Below are positions 1 to 8,558 of a stretch of DNA of 32,000 nt, one piece after another. The first letter of the stretch is position 1; every line of letters starts with the position of its first letter. The notes under the pieces are model-generated. The model ran no database searches, had not been told where the DNA came from, and saw nothing but the letters and a program-made list of their open reading frames with translations. Where the stretch lies: NCBI RefSeq assembly GCF_008189525.1, contig NZ_CP043314.1, positions 240,001 through 272,000 of the forward strand, read 5' to 3'. Made by a program: the position numbers and the translations under genes. Origin of the DNA: Candidatus Saccharimonadota bacterium (GTDB lineage: Bacteria > Pseudomonadota > Alphaproteobacteria > CAJXXZ01 > 1604HC).

Positions 1-39
1 TCTAGCATGCTTTGTGACACCTCTTTTTATTCTTGTCAT
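1..39 (-). CDS. rplT: 50S ribosomal protein L20, first 13 codons only (gene runs off the left edge)
   Basis: The reverse complement of 1..39 reads ATG ACA AGA ATA AAA AGA GGT GTC ACA AAG CAT GCT AGA = MTRIKRGVTKHAR, the canonical L20 N-terminus. It lies downstream of rpmI on the same strand, as in the conserved rpmI-rplT operon. It is absent from the ORF track because the window edge truncates it. Confidence 0.7.
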   Translation of the reverse strand, partial: MTRIKRGVTKHAR

Positions 40-274
40 TTAAAAAACTCCTTAATTTTACGTCTATTTCCTAGAACAAATTGTTAATTTAAAAAATTAT
101 ATAATTAAAACATAATGCTTAACAGAAATTAAATCAATAATCACTAAAGTTAAGTATTAGAAAAATAAAATTCTAATTCAAATTTTTGTAACTTTATACA
201 AATATACAAAAGCTTAAGAATAAGAAAATAGAACATAATTCCTGTTTATATTATAAATTTTTACAAAACTTGTT

Positions 275-478
275 TTAGGTTGGCAAGCCGTTAGGCATTA
301 TTTTCTTTATTAGCTTTGCATGGGATGAATGAACTTCAGTCAAACCTCTTGTTTGTTTCTTCATTTCATTTCTTCTTTTTCTCAATCCGTGTCTTTTGCA
401 GGCATTTCCTCTGAGAATTTTACCATTTGCATTGGTACGTAATCTTTTCCAAGCAGACTTTTTAGTTTTAAGCTTCAT
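275..478 (-). CDS. rpmI: 50S ribosomal protein L35
   Basis: MKLKTKKSAWKRLRTNANGKILRGNACKRHGLRKRR... matches the L35 pattern (K-x-K-T-x-x-x-A-x-K-R-[FL]...G-K-[IV]-x-R...H-x-L). I start at the internal ATG (476-478) because a GAGG Shine-Dalgarno lies about 5 nt upstream. The 16-codon extension in the ORF track (to 526) is unlike L35. Confidence 0.85.
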   Translation of the reverse strand: MKLKTKKSAWKRLRTNANGKILRGNACKRHGLRKRRNEMKKQTRGLTEVHSSHAKLIKKIMPNGLPT

Positions 479-710
479 TTGAACCTCTTTTGAAGAAATC
501 TTAACATTTAGATTAGCTTTTTTCAATAATTAAATGCTTGTTTTTAAAAGATTTTTAGTTAATTTATATAGAATTTAAGAAAGTTAAGAGTTTTATTTTC
601 TCATAATTTACAAAACTCTATACTTATGAATTTATGATTTGTAATAAAAAGTAAAGATTGATAAAAAAAAACTAATAACCTAGAATAAAGCTTCGTGAAA
701 AGAGGTTTTT

Positions 711-1019
711 ATGATCAAGAATTTTGATAGTAGTACTGAAAAAGAAATGGAATCTAACTCAGTTTCTATTTTGGATTTTTGGGCTGATTGGTGTGGTCCT
801 TGTCTTAATTTTATGCCAATTTTTGAAAAAGTAGCAGAAGAATTTCCTGGAGTTTCATTTTATAAAGTGAACATAGATGAAGCTAGAGAGTTTGCTCAAA
901 AAAATAGAATTATGAGCATCCCTACAATTATGGTATTAAAAAATGGAAAAGTGGTTGATCAGCACAAAGGATCTATGTCTGAAGAAATGTTTAGAGAATT
1001 TGTTGAAAAACACTCTTAA
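711..1019 (+). CDS. trxA: thioredoxin
   Basis: WADWCGPC active-site motif, cis-Pro context (MSIPT), 102 aa. Confidence 0.95.
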   Translation: MIKNFDSSTEKEMESNSVSILDFWADWCGPCLNFMPIFEKVAEEFPGVSFYKVNIDEAREFAQKNRIMSIPTIMVLKNGKVVDQHKGSMSEEMFREFVEKHS

Positions 1020-1111
1020 TATAATATAAAAGCAAAACAAGAATACAGATATAAAGGAATTGAATGTAATTCTGACTATTAAATCTTAGTTAGTTGGGTT
1101 AAAGTCTGTCT

Positions 1112-2215
1112 ATGAGTCTTTCTTGTGGTTTTGTAGGTCTTCCGAACGTAGGTAAATCTACAATTTTTAATGTAATAATGAAAAAAGTTGTTGCTGAGTC
1201 TTCAAATTATCCTTTTTGTACAATTGAACCTAATAAAGGAAGCGTCCCAATAAAAGATGATAGATTAAATAATTTATCTAAAATAGAAAATTCTGCAAAA
1301 GTAATTTTTCCTACCCTAGAATGCGTAGATATTGCTGGGCTTGTTAAAGGGGCTAGCAAAGGAGATGGACTTGGAAATAAATTTCTAAGCCATATTAGGC
1401 AAATAGATCTGATAGTTCATGTAGTAAGGTGCTTTGATTCTGAGGAAATTATCCATGTTCATGGAAAGGTAGATCCAGTTTTCGATGTTGATTTGATTAA
1501 TACAGAGTTAGTTTTCGCAGATATAGAAGTGCTAGAAAAATGGATTAAGAAAAATAAAGCATTGAAGACAAAAGAAATAGATTGGGCTAAATCTTATTTA
1601 AAGCACATAAATGAAAATAAATCTTTAGATCAGTTTAAAGAAGATAATAAGGATAAAAATACAGAAGAAATAATGTCTTGGTTAAAAAGCATTGGTATTT
1701 TGAGCGTGTTACCAAGATTTTATGTAGCTAATATGTCTGAAGATGAAATCAAGAATGGAAATAAGTATTTTGAGGAACTAAAAGCTGCTTACCCAAATGA
1801 AGTTGTTATCCCTATTGCTGCGAAATTAGAAGAAGAATTAATGTCTATGCCAGATGATGATTACAGAGAAATGTTAAGAGAATTTGGTGTAAAGAAAATA
1901 GGTTTGGATTTTGTTCTTTCTACTGCGTATAAATTTTTAGGATTGGAAAGTTTTTTTACAGTAGGGCCGAAAGAGGCCAGAGGATGGACTATTAAAAAAG
2001 GATACAAAGCTCCAGAAGCAGCTGGAGTTATTCATACAGATTTCCGTGATGGTTTTATATGTGCTGAAGTTATTTCTTATGAAGAGTTTATTAGCTGTGA
2101 AGGATACGTACCTGCCAAAGAAAAAGGGAAAATCAGAAAAGAAGGTAAGGATTATGTTGTTTCTGATGGAGATGTATGTAATTTTAGGTTTAATGTATTA
2201 AAAAAGCCTAAGTAA
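1112..2215 (+). CDS. ychF: ribosome-binding ATPase YchF (Obg-family P-loop protein)
   Basis: N-terminal GLPNVGKSTIFN P-loop, DIAGLVKGASKGDGLGNKFL G3/switch region, and the C-terminal TGS-like FFTVGPKEARGWTIKKGYKAPEAAGVIHTDF block typical of YchF. 367 aa. Confidence 0.95.
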   Translation: MSLSCGFVGLPNVGKSTIFNVIMKKVVAESSNYPFCTIEPNKGSVPIKDDRLNNLSKIENSAKVIFPTLECVDIAGLVKGASKGDGLGNKFLSHIRQIDLIVHVVRCFDSEEIIHVHGKVDPVFDVDLINTELVFADIEVLEKWIKKNKALKTKEIDWAKSYLKHINENKSLDQFKEDNKDKNTEEIMSWLKSIGILSVLPRFYVANMSEDEIKNGNKYFEELKAAYPNEVVIPIAAKLEEELMSMPDDDYREMLREFGVKKIGLDFVLSTAYKFLGLESFFTVGPKEARGWTIKKGYKAPEAAGVIHTDFRDGFICAEVISYEEFISCEGYVPAKEKGKIRKEGKDYVVSDGDVCNFRFNVLKKPK

Positions 2216-2569
2216 AGTTGAGTTCGAATTTACAAACAAATTTTTGTATTCTATGGGCAATACTCTTGTGATTTATGTTTATAATATAAATGTTGATTTG
2301 TAGTTTTTACTTATTGATTGTAGATTATGTTATTTCTTGTTTTATTGATTTCTATTTTGTTCTTATTTGATTTTTCTACTTAAATTTTCATATTTTTAAA
2401 TAAATAATATTATTTTGATTTTAATATACTGTTTTGTAGAATTTATGCCAATTTATTGCGAAATATGAATCATGCTTTATAAGTATGCTTGAATGATAGA
2501 TGATTATTACGTTATTTATTTTCTTTTTATTTACTAATATTGATTAATTTTAATGAAAATGGAGGATGA

Positions 2570-4438
2570 ATGAAGTTGAAGTCAAGTTTGTTAATTTTAA
2601 GTTCTATTATTTGTTGTGATTTATCTTGTAGAAGTTTAGCTTTGGAAAAAGCAGCTGTAGATTTTCTCAGCAAAGGTGAAAAATATGATGGAGCAATTGG
2701 TTATTGTGAAAAAATAGATTCAGAGTATGTGTTGTGTTTAGAAACTGGTGAATCAGTATCTTCCAAAAATAAAAGCTTTGCAAAGTTGTTTAAAAACAAT
2801 CCTTTTGGTGGTAAGCATTTAGAGCTTTCTCCAATTTGGAGGAGCATAGTTTCAAAAGAAGCAGATCTAGAATTTGTGATTGATTCTGAAATAGGATATG
2901 CTGTTTCTCAGAAACTTGTAGGAAAGTCAGAAAAAGATGCTTCCATAGCTATGCTTGATAAAATGAAATTAATTAGCTCTGATTATTTTAAATCTGGTAT
3001 ATTGAAAGGTTTAGAGAAACATTCTGCAGAGTTATCTGTAGAAGACAAAGATAAATTCGCATCATATCGCACTGAAGTTGATCTGGATGCAAAAAAACTA
3101 CAAGAAGAATATGACTTAGCTGTTAAACTTAAATCTAAATTGGAAGGTGTAGATTCTTTTAGTGATCAGGATAGAGTTTTGTTAAATGAACTTAAAGTAG
3201 AATACGAAAAAGCTAGACAAGGTTATGAAGTTTCTGAAAATTTGGAAAAAATTAAAAAACATGCCACAGGACTATACGAAGGTAAAGTTAATGATTACAA
3301 AAAAGAAATATCTGATTTTAATGAAATTATTGAAAGTAGATTTCCTGATTCAGATTTGGATTTAAGTTTTTTGAAATCAGTTGCAAGTGCAGATTTTGAG
3401 AAGTTTGTAATTAGTAAGTACGCTCAGAATATAAAATCTTTATTAAATATTTTTATACAAAAACTAATTAAGATTCATGATATTAAAAAGGATTTTGAAA
3501 AATTGAGAGGAATTAAAAATTCAGAAACTTTAGAGAAAATCAGAAAAAGTTCAGATTTAGAAGATAACTCTTATATGAATACATTTTGGAATTTAACTAA
3601 TGTACAAAGTTTAACAAAAATATTAGAAAACACTTCATCACTTTCTATTGATTCTGCTTATGATTTGCTAGTAAAACATTCTCAAGTAGAAAATGCTACA
3701 TTGGCTGAGAAATACGCTAAAAAAGATCTATCAATGAATGAGGTTCTAAAAGAAACTAAAGAGCAAATTTTTGAAAGATTTAAAATTTATCTAAATACTA
3801 AATTAATAAGCAATTCTATTTCTAAAAATATTTTCGAGTATTCAGTAAATCAATATAAATCTCTTTTAGGAAAAATAAACAGTGCAATAGAAAAAAATAA
3901 AAAAGAAGCAAGGAAAGAGAAAATTACTGAAGCATTAAGCAATATACAGAAATACCTTGTTATGGAAAATGAAAATATAGTTAAATCAATTGAAAATTTA
4001 AGTGCAGCAGTAAACTCTGTTGATATTTCTCATAGATTAAATGACAGTGATCTAAAATCCATAGAAAACAAGTCTGCGTATGGCAAATTTGCGAATAGTA
4101 GTAGTTCTTTTGGATTCTCTGCAGATAATTTAGGTTTTAATATTTACTCTAAAGAAGGAAAAAAAGATTTAAATATAGACAAGTTTCTTGTTGAGCAGAG
4201 TGTATCTTATTTGCAAGCAAAAAATTCTACAGATTCTTTTGAAGAAGAAATGCATGAAATTTTCAGCAAAATGGAATCTCTTATAGGAAAAGAAAAAGGG
4301 AATGATTACCTAAAAGGGCAAAATAGCTCTTTGAATATGTTAAGCAAGTCACCAGAAGAGTTAGAACAAAACCTAAAAGATGGTATGAGTTCCATAAAAC
4401 AAAAACATATAGATGAAATAAGCAAGCTATCCAAGTAA
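2570..4438 (+). CDS. orphan secreted or surface protein, predicted helical/coiled-coil (622 aa)
   Basis: Long uninterrupted ORF in an AT-rich genome. Hydrophobic N-terminal signal-like segment (MKLKSSLLILSSIICC...), GGAGGA just upstream of the ATG, and a K/E/S/L-rich body with heptad-like stretches. I recognise no catalytic motif. Confidence 0.6.
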   Translation: MKLKSSLLILSSIICCDLSCRSLALEKAAVDFLSKGEKYDGAIGYCEKIDSEYVLCLETGESVSSKNKSFAKLFKNNPFGGKHLELSPIWRSIVSKEADLEFVIDSEIGYAVSQKLVGKSEKDASIAMLDKMKLISSDYFKSGILKGLEKHSAELSVEDKDKFASYRTEVDLDAKKLQEEYDLAVKLKSKLEGVDSFSDQDRVLLNELKVEYEKARQGYEVSENLEKIKKHATGLYEGKVNDYKKEISDFNEIIESRFPDSDLDLSFLKSVASADFEKFVISKYAQNIKSLLNIFIQKLIKIHDIKKDFEKLRGIKNSETLEKIRKSSDLEDNSYMNTFWNLTNVQSLTKILENTSSLSIDSAYDLLVKHSQVENATLAEKYAKKDLSMNEVLKETKEQIFERFKIYLNTKLISNSISKNIFEYSVNQYKSLLGKINSAIEKNKKEARKEKITEALSNIQKYLVMENENIVKSIENLSAAVNSVDISHRLNDSDLKSIENKSAYGKFANSSSSFGFSADNLGFNIYSKEGKKDLNIDKFLVEQSVSYLQAKNSTDSFEEEMHEIFSKMESLIGKEKGNDYLKGQNSSLNMLSKSPEELEQNLKDGMSSIKQKHIDEISKLSK

Positions 4439-4578
4439 GTAACTTTGTAATTAAAAAACTATATAAATTATGTGTGTTTTGTCAAATGATGATTGTTAGA
4501 CAGTTTTAGCAGAATAGGTTAGTTAAATGCTTGATGTTTATGGCTTTAAAATACATGTATAATAATACTATTTGCAAA

Positions 4579-5361
4579 TCAGTTAGGTAATTTTTTATTC
4601 TTACTGTTATCTTTTATAAGTAATGTAATCACATAAAGTATATATGCAGATCCTATAATAAGAGATGCTATCCATATATACGCGAACACAAGAGTGCTTA
4701 ATAAAGATAGTATTCCAAAGAATATATGATACTGAGATTTATTTAATTTAATTTTGTTTATGGCAATTGTTCTGATTTTACTTATTAATCCCATAGAAAT
4801 TAAAAGTGTGTTTATGCAAAACACCCAATGGTTTAATTTTATTTGTAGTACATTCTCTACTACAATTGGCATAAAAAGAAGTAATCCCCCAGCAGGAGCA
4901 GGTATTCCTTCAAAGGTTTCAGAATGTTTTTCTTTTGATGTGTTTGTGTCATATGGTTCACAGTTTGAAAATGATTTATCAGAAAATCTTGCCAATCTGA
5001 AAGCCATACATAGTGAGAAAAACACACCAATAGACCAGCCTAGATTTAGCCAGTTATGTGTTTTATAAAAGAATATTATTAATATCGGAGCTATTCCAAA
5101 GCTTAGGAAATCTGCTAAAGAATCCAAAGTCTTACCAAACTCTGAATCGGATTTCAAATATCTTGCTATCTTTCCATCAATCCCATCAATAAAAGCGCAT
5201 ATTATGATTAATATTACAGCTTCGTTTACTTTTCCATTATAAGAAAGTTTTATTGCTTTTAAGCTTAAACAAATTGAAAGAGAGGTTACTATATTAGCTA
5301 TATAATTAATCCCTTTGTTAATAAATAATTTTTTTCTGTATTTTTTGATTCTTTGGTTCAT
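4579..5361 (-). CDS. pssA: CDP-diacylglycerol--serine O-phosphatidyltransferase (CDP-alcohol phosphatidyltransferase family)
   Basis: DGIDGKIARYLKSDSEFGKTLDSLADFLSFG fits the D-G-x2-A-R-x8-G-x3-D-x3-D signature. The protein is polytopic and 260 aa, and psd lies nearby on the same strand. Confidence 0.9.
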   Translation of the reverse strand: MNQRIKKYRKKLFINKGINYIANIVTSLSICLSLKAIKLSYNGKVNEAVILIIICAFIDGIDGKIARYLKSDSEFGKTLDSLADFLSFGIAPILIIFFYKTHNWLNLGWSIGVFFSLCMAFRLARFSDKSFSNCEPYDTNTSKEKHSETFEGIPAPAGGLLLFMPIVVENVLQIKLNHWVFCINTLLISMGLISKIRTIAINKIKLNKSQYHIFFGILSLLSTLVFAYIWIASLIIGSAYILYVITLLIKDNSKNKKLPN

Positions 5362-5640
5362 TTTTTCTTTCTGATTGTAATTTTTTTCTGATTAAATTGC
5401 TCTAGAAATATCTAATTTAAGCTAAATAGTATCTAGAAATCAAAAAAACACTACACAATATATATATATTTAATATTTTTTTAGATTTTTATCTAGGATT
5501 TCTCTCATAAATTTTCATTGTTATAGTTTTTTACAGATTTGTGAGGTTAATTTACATATATTATTTTGATGTTCAGTTGAATAGCTTTAAGATTTTCCAT
5601 ATTAAGATCAGCATGTTTTATTATTGATACTTTTATATTC

Positions 5641-6285
5641 TTACTGTTTTGCTATTATAGTTTCTCCGGCTACTAAAGTTTGTCCTTTTTTTATACAAAC
5701 TTTCATGCTCTTTGGTATGTATACTTCAGTTCTGCTGCCGAATTTTATCATTCCATAGGTTTGTCCTATTTTTAAGTTTTCCTTCTCATTTACATCACAT
5801 ATGATTCTTCTAGCTACAAAACCAGCTATTTGAGATACTACGCAATCTATAAAGCCATTTATCTTCATAGATAATCTTTCATTAGTCATAAATACTTCTT
5901 TTTTCCAAGCGAAATCGAAACTACCTTCTTTATAAACTATTTTTTCTATATTCCCAGAAATTGGTGCTCTGTTCACATGAACATCTGTAACTCTTAAAAA
6001 AATACCTATTCTTGTGAACTTGTCTTCTTCTAGATCAAAATCAGGGCATGGATGATTATCTATTGCCACCACTATTCCATCAGCAGGGCTTACCACTATT
6101 CCATCTAGTGATGGCACAACTCTATTAGGGTCCCTGAAAAACCATATAGAAAATATATTAAAAGATAAAGCTATGAATCCAGCTATGTAATGGAAATAAA
6201 ACAACCCAATTGATAGAAAAAACGAAACAATTATGATTGGATATCCTTCTGATCTTATTTTATTTAGTAAGTATTTATTTATCAT
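5641..6285 (-). CDS. psd: phosphatidylserine decarboxylase proenzyme, short type
   Basis: FFRDPNR, SPADGIVV, TDVHVNRAPISG and the self-cleavage motif KFGS-RTEV (Gly-Ser site) are present. There are N-terminal TM helices; 214 aa. Confidence 0.85.
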   Translation of the reverse strand: MINKYLLNKIRSEGYPIIIVSFFLSIGLFYFHYIAGFIALSFNIFSIWFFRDPNRVVPSLDGIVVSPADGIVVAIDNHPCPDFDLEEDKFTRIGIFLRVTDVHVNRAPISGNIEKIVYKEGSFDFAWKKEVFMTNERLSMKINGFIDCVVSQIAGFVARRIICDVNEKENLKIGQTYGMIKFGSRTEVYIPKSMKVCIKKGQTLVAGETIIAKQ

Positions 6286-6944
6286 TGAATTTCCTTCAAG
6301 AAGTCATTATGCAATTTTTCTAACTTTGAAACAACAGTTTCTGCAGAAATTAGTTTTTGTGATTCCAAGACATCTAGTTCATGTTCAACAGGTAAATACA
6401 TATTTACATACCCACCTAAGTTTTGATTTGCATATTTTTGTCCGATTTTTAATAAATCTCCAGTTTTTACATAACAGCTCACAGATTGCAAAGAGTTTTG
6501 TGAAACATGCTCTATTATAATCTCTGTCTTTCCAGAAATGACAATTATCAAGCTTTCTCTCTTTTTATAGAAAATGTTTTGCTCTCCGCTTAAGCCTGGA
6601 TTGTAATAAATGTGCTTTACAGTTCCTTCTATAGGGCTCCTGCATACATGAATATCTGTTATTCCATTTTTTATTTCTATTTTGTTCCATTTTTTATCTT
6701 TATATTCATTTTCTGTTACTGAATCTAGGGCTATATCTTTTTTTATGGATTCTACTATTCCATCGCAAGGTGGTAAGCAAGAATCTGGATCTGTAATTAC
6801 TCTCTTTTCATCTCTGAATAGTAGCAAGATAAGTGCTGTGCAGAGTATAGGAGTGAAATACCCAAGAACGAATACTGTGAATAGGAAAATAAAGCATACT
6901 TTTATGGCTTTAAAACCTTGTTTACTTAGTTTTAATCTCAACAC
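6282..6944 (-). CDS. Psd-family paralogue lacking the pyruvoyl-forming serine (GS -> GG)
   Basis: It aligns with the adjacent psd over its full length (LFRDEKRV, PPCDGIVE, TDIHVCRSPIEG, LKIGQKYA). At the cleavage site it reads NLGG-YVNMYLP where psd has KFGS-RTEVYIP. It has a GTG start, overlaps the xseB stop by 1 nt and overlaps the psd start by 4 nt. Confidence 0.7.
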   Translation of the reverse strand: MLRLKLSKQGFKAIKVCFIFLFTVFVLGYFTPILCTALILLLFRDEKRVITDPDSCLPPCDGIVESIKKDIALDSVTENEYKDKKWNKIEIKNGITDIHVCRSPIEGTVKHIYYNPGLSGEQNIFYKKRESLIIVISGKTEIIIEHVSQNSLQSVSCYVKTGDLLKIGQKYANQNLGGYVNMYLPVEHELDVLESQKLISAETVVSKLEKLHNDFLKEIQ

Positions 6945-7351
6945 TATTTTTCTTCCTTTACGTTAAAAAATTCTAATGAAATTTTTTTAATTTTATCTAA
7001 TGTTTTATCTAAAATTTCGTTAATTTTGTTTTTAGTATCATTTTCTTCACTTAGATTTAGATCTGTTAAGCTAGAATCTAATGATTCAAATATTTTTGAT
7101 TGTGCTTTTTTGAATTCACTTGATATTTGTTTTTTTATTTCAGAAAACTCAGATTCCTCTTCCTTTATTGAATCAACTTTTATTTCAGCATTTCTTAATT
7201 CATTTTCAGCTTCTTTTGCAAGATATATTCCTTTTTCATAAGTTGATACCGCTTTGTTTAAAGGTAAGTCCCCAGACTCTAGTTTATTCTTTATATTCTC
7301 TAGTTCTTTTATTTTGTCCTCAAAGCTAAGTTCTTTTTTATTCAAATTCAA
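6944..7351 (-). CDS. xseB: exodeoxyribonuclease VII small subunit with a roughly 55-aa acidic/coiled-coil C-terminal extension
   Basis: The N-terminal 70 aa (SFEDKIKELENIKNKLESGDLPLNKAVSTYEKGIYLAKEAENELRNAEIKV) match the XseB helical-hairpin pattern (L-E-x-G-x-L-x-L...Y-E-x-G). It has a TTG start overlapping the upstream stop (TTGA). It is 135 aa, whereas XseB is normally about 80 aa. Confidence 0.75.
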   Translation of the reverse strand: MNLNKKELSFEDKIKELENIKNKLESGDLPLNKAVSTYEKGIYLAKEAENELRNAEIKVDSIKEEESEFSEIKKQISSEFKKAQSKIFESLDSSLTDLNLSEENDTKNKINEILDKTLDKIKKISLEFFNVKEEK

Positions 7352-7923
7352 TCTATTTTACCTACTTCCCACTGTATTTCTTCGTTATTATATACTCTTG
7401 CTATGATAAAAAAGAAGTCAGAAATCCTGTTTAAATACTTTCCGATATTTACATCTCTATGTTCTTCTTCACACGCCCAGAAAGCTAATTCTGTCCTTCT
7501 TAATATTGTCCTACATATATGTAAGTGGCTGGAAAATAAAGATCCACCAGGTAAAACAAAATTATGAATTGGTTTAAGTTTTTTAAAGAAAAAATTTGCC
7601 TTATTCTCTATCCAAATATGGTATTCTTCTGTGATTTCTAAATTTGCCCCATTTATTTTTGCTCCTATATTGAATATTTGATTTTGTACCTTTAATAATA
7701 TCTCTAGTAAATCTTTATCTTTACAGTAATTTAAGCACAATCCTATGTAAGAGTTAGATTCATCCAAATTCCCAATGAAAGATATTAAATTAGAGTTTTT
7801 AGGAACTATACCACTTGATGTTGATGTTTTCCCTTTATCTCCATTTTTAGTTATATAAGAACAATTCACAGGGGTACTGTACCAAATAAATTGTACATTA
7901 TAAATATTAATTACTATTTTCAA
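7348..7923 (-). CDS. ATP:cob(I)alamin adenosyltransferase, PduO type
   Basis: ITKNGDKGKTS near the N-terminus (canonical T-[KR]-x-G-D-x-G-x-T), CRTILRRTE (the R-R-x-E motif), and a size of about 190 aa. Confidence 0.85.
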   Translation of the reverse strand: MKIVINIYNVQFIWYSTPVNCSYITKNGDKGKTSTSSGIVPKNSNLISFIGNLDESNSYIGLCLNYCKDKDLLEILLKVQNQIFNIGAKINGANLEITEEYHIWIENKANFFFKKLKPIHNFVLPGGSLFSSHLHICRTILRRTELAFWACEEEHRDVNIGKYLNRISDFFFIIARVYNNEEIQWEVGKID

Positions 7924-7990
7924 TAACCCTAATATGAAATTGTTAAACTAAATAAACATATACATTATAAAACTATTAAGAAGGTTTTTA

Positions 7991-8473
7991 TTAAAGTAAA
8001 CGTACTATTAATGCACTTAATGATATAGCAGGGGCCATTGAAAAGCGCAGCTTTCTATGTTCGTATATATAGTTTTTGTAATTAGTGAATAAAATAAAAT
8101 TTCTGATATTTTTAGGTTTGTTTTTAGTAAACTTAATACCTAACAATATCAATGAGAACACAATTTGAAATAAACCAGAAAAAGTGTAGAAAGTTGTTAT
8201 GCTTTCATATGGAACTATTAAAGAGTAAGTGAAAAATAAAAAATAATCTCCTAATCCCATATAAGATTTTGTGATTTTTTGCGCTAAGAATGTTAAAAAT
8301 AAAAATGCAGCAGATTCAAGGCATGATTCATAAATATATCCATTCTTTTTTGAAAAAAATAATAACAATATTATGCCTTCCAGTGGGATTTTTTTGTAAA
8401 TTACATCGTATATTGATATGTATATCGCTGTAACAATAAATATAGTAGATTCTAGAAAATTAAACTCATACAT
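7991..8473 (-). CDS. polytopic membrane protein, probable A24-family (CpaA-like) prepilin peptidase
   Basis: Two candidate catalytic Asp motifs lie in TM context: ISIYDVIYKKIPLEG (D-x4-IP) and MGLGDYFLFF (G-x-G-D). Its size of about 160 aa matches CpaA-type peptidases. I start at the ATG at 8471-8473; the ORF track begins 3 codons earlier at a TTG. Confidence 0.5.
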   Translation of the reverse strand: MYEFNFLESTIFIVTAIYISIYDVIYKKIPLEGIILLLFFSKKNGYIYESCLESAAFLFLTFLAQKITKSYMGLGDYFLFFTYSLIVPYESITTFYTFSGLFQIVFSLILLGIKFTKNKPKNIRNFILFTNYKNYIYEHRKLRFSMAPAISLSALIVRLL

Positions 8474-8558
8474 AAACTTCAAAATATTCTAGCATGCTTT
8501 TTGTTGTTTTAAATAAAATAATTGAACATTAATTTAACATATTTAATATCTATTTCAG

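Noticed and set aside
1-13. The 13-nt string TCTAGCATGCTTT occurs at both 1-13 and 8488-8500.
   Set aside because: The first copy is coding (the rplT N-terminus) and the second is in the 5' region of the peptidase gene. There is no extended similarity around either copy. A single 13-mer match is within chance expectation for a 32-kb biased-composition window.
40-274. An unusually long (235-bp) spacer between rpmI and rplT as a possible regulatory RNA or L20 autoregulation site.
   Set aside because: I see no convincing stem-loops or conserved element, only A/T-rich sequence. Long spacers are common throughout this window, so it is more likely degraded non-coding DNA. It would need covariance-model or comparative analysis.
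479-526. N-terminal extensions given by the ORF track for rpmI (to 526), lysC (from 19005), dapE (from 20871), suhB (from 25231) and the 15766 GTG start.
   Set aside because: The extensions are unlike the conserved N-termini of these families, and some overlap the preceding gene. Internal ATGs give canonical N-termini (MKLKTKK, MSNVVIKFGG, MNSTLK, MLDLN), with a GAGG RBS in the case of rpmI.
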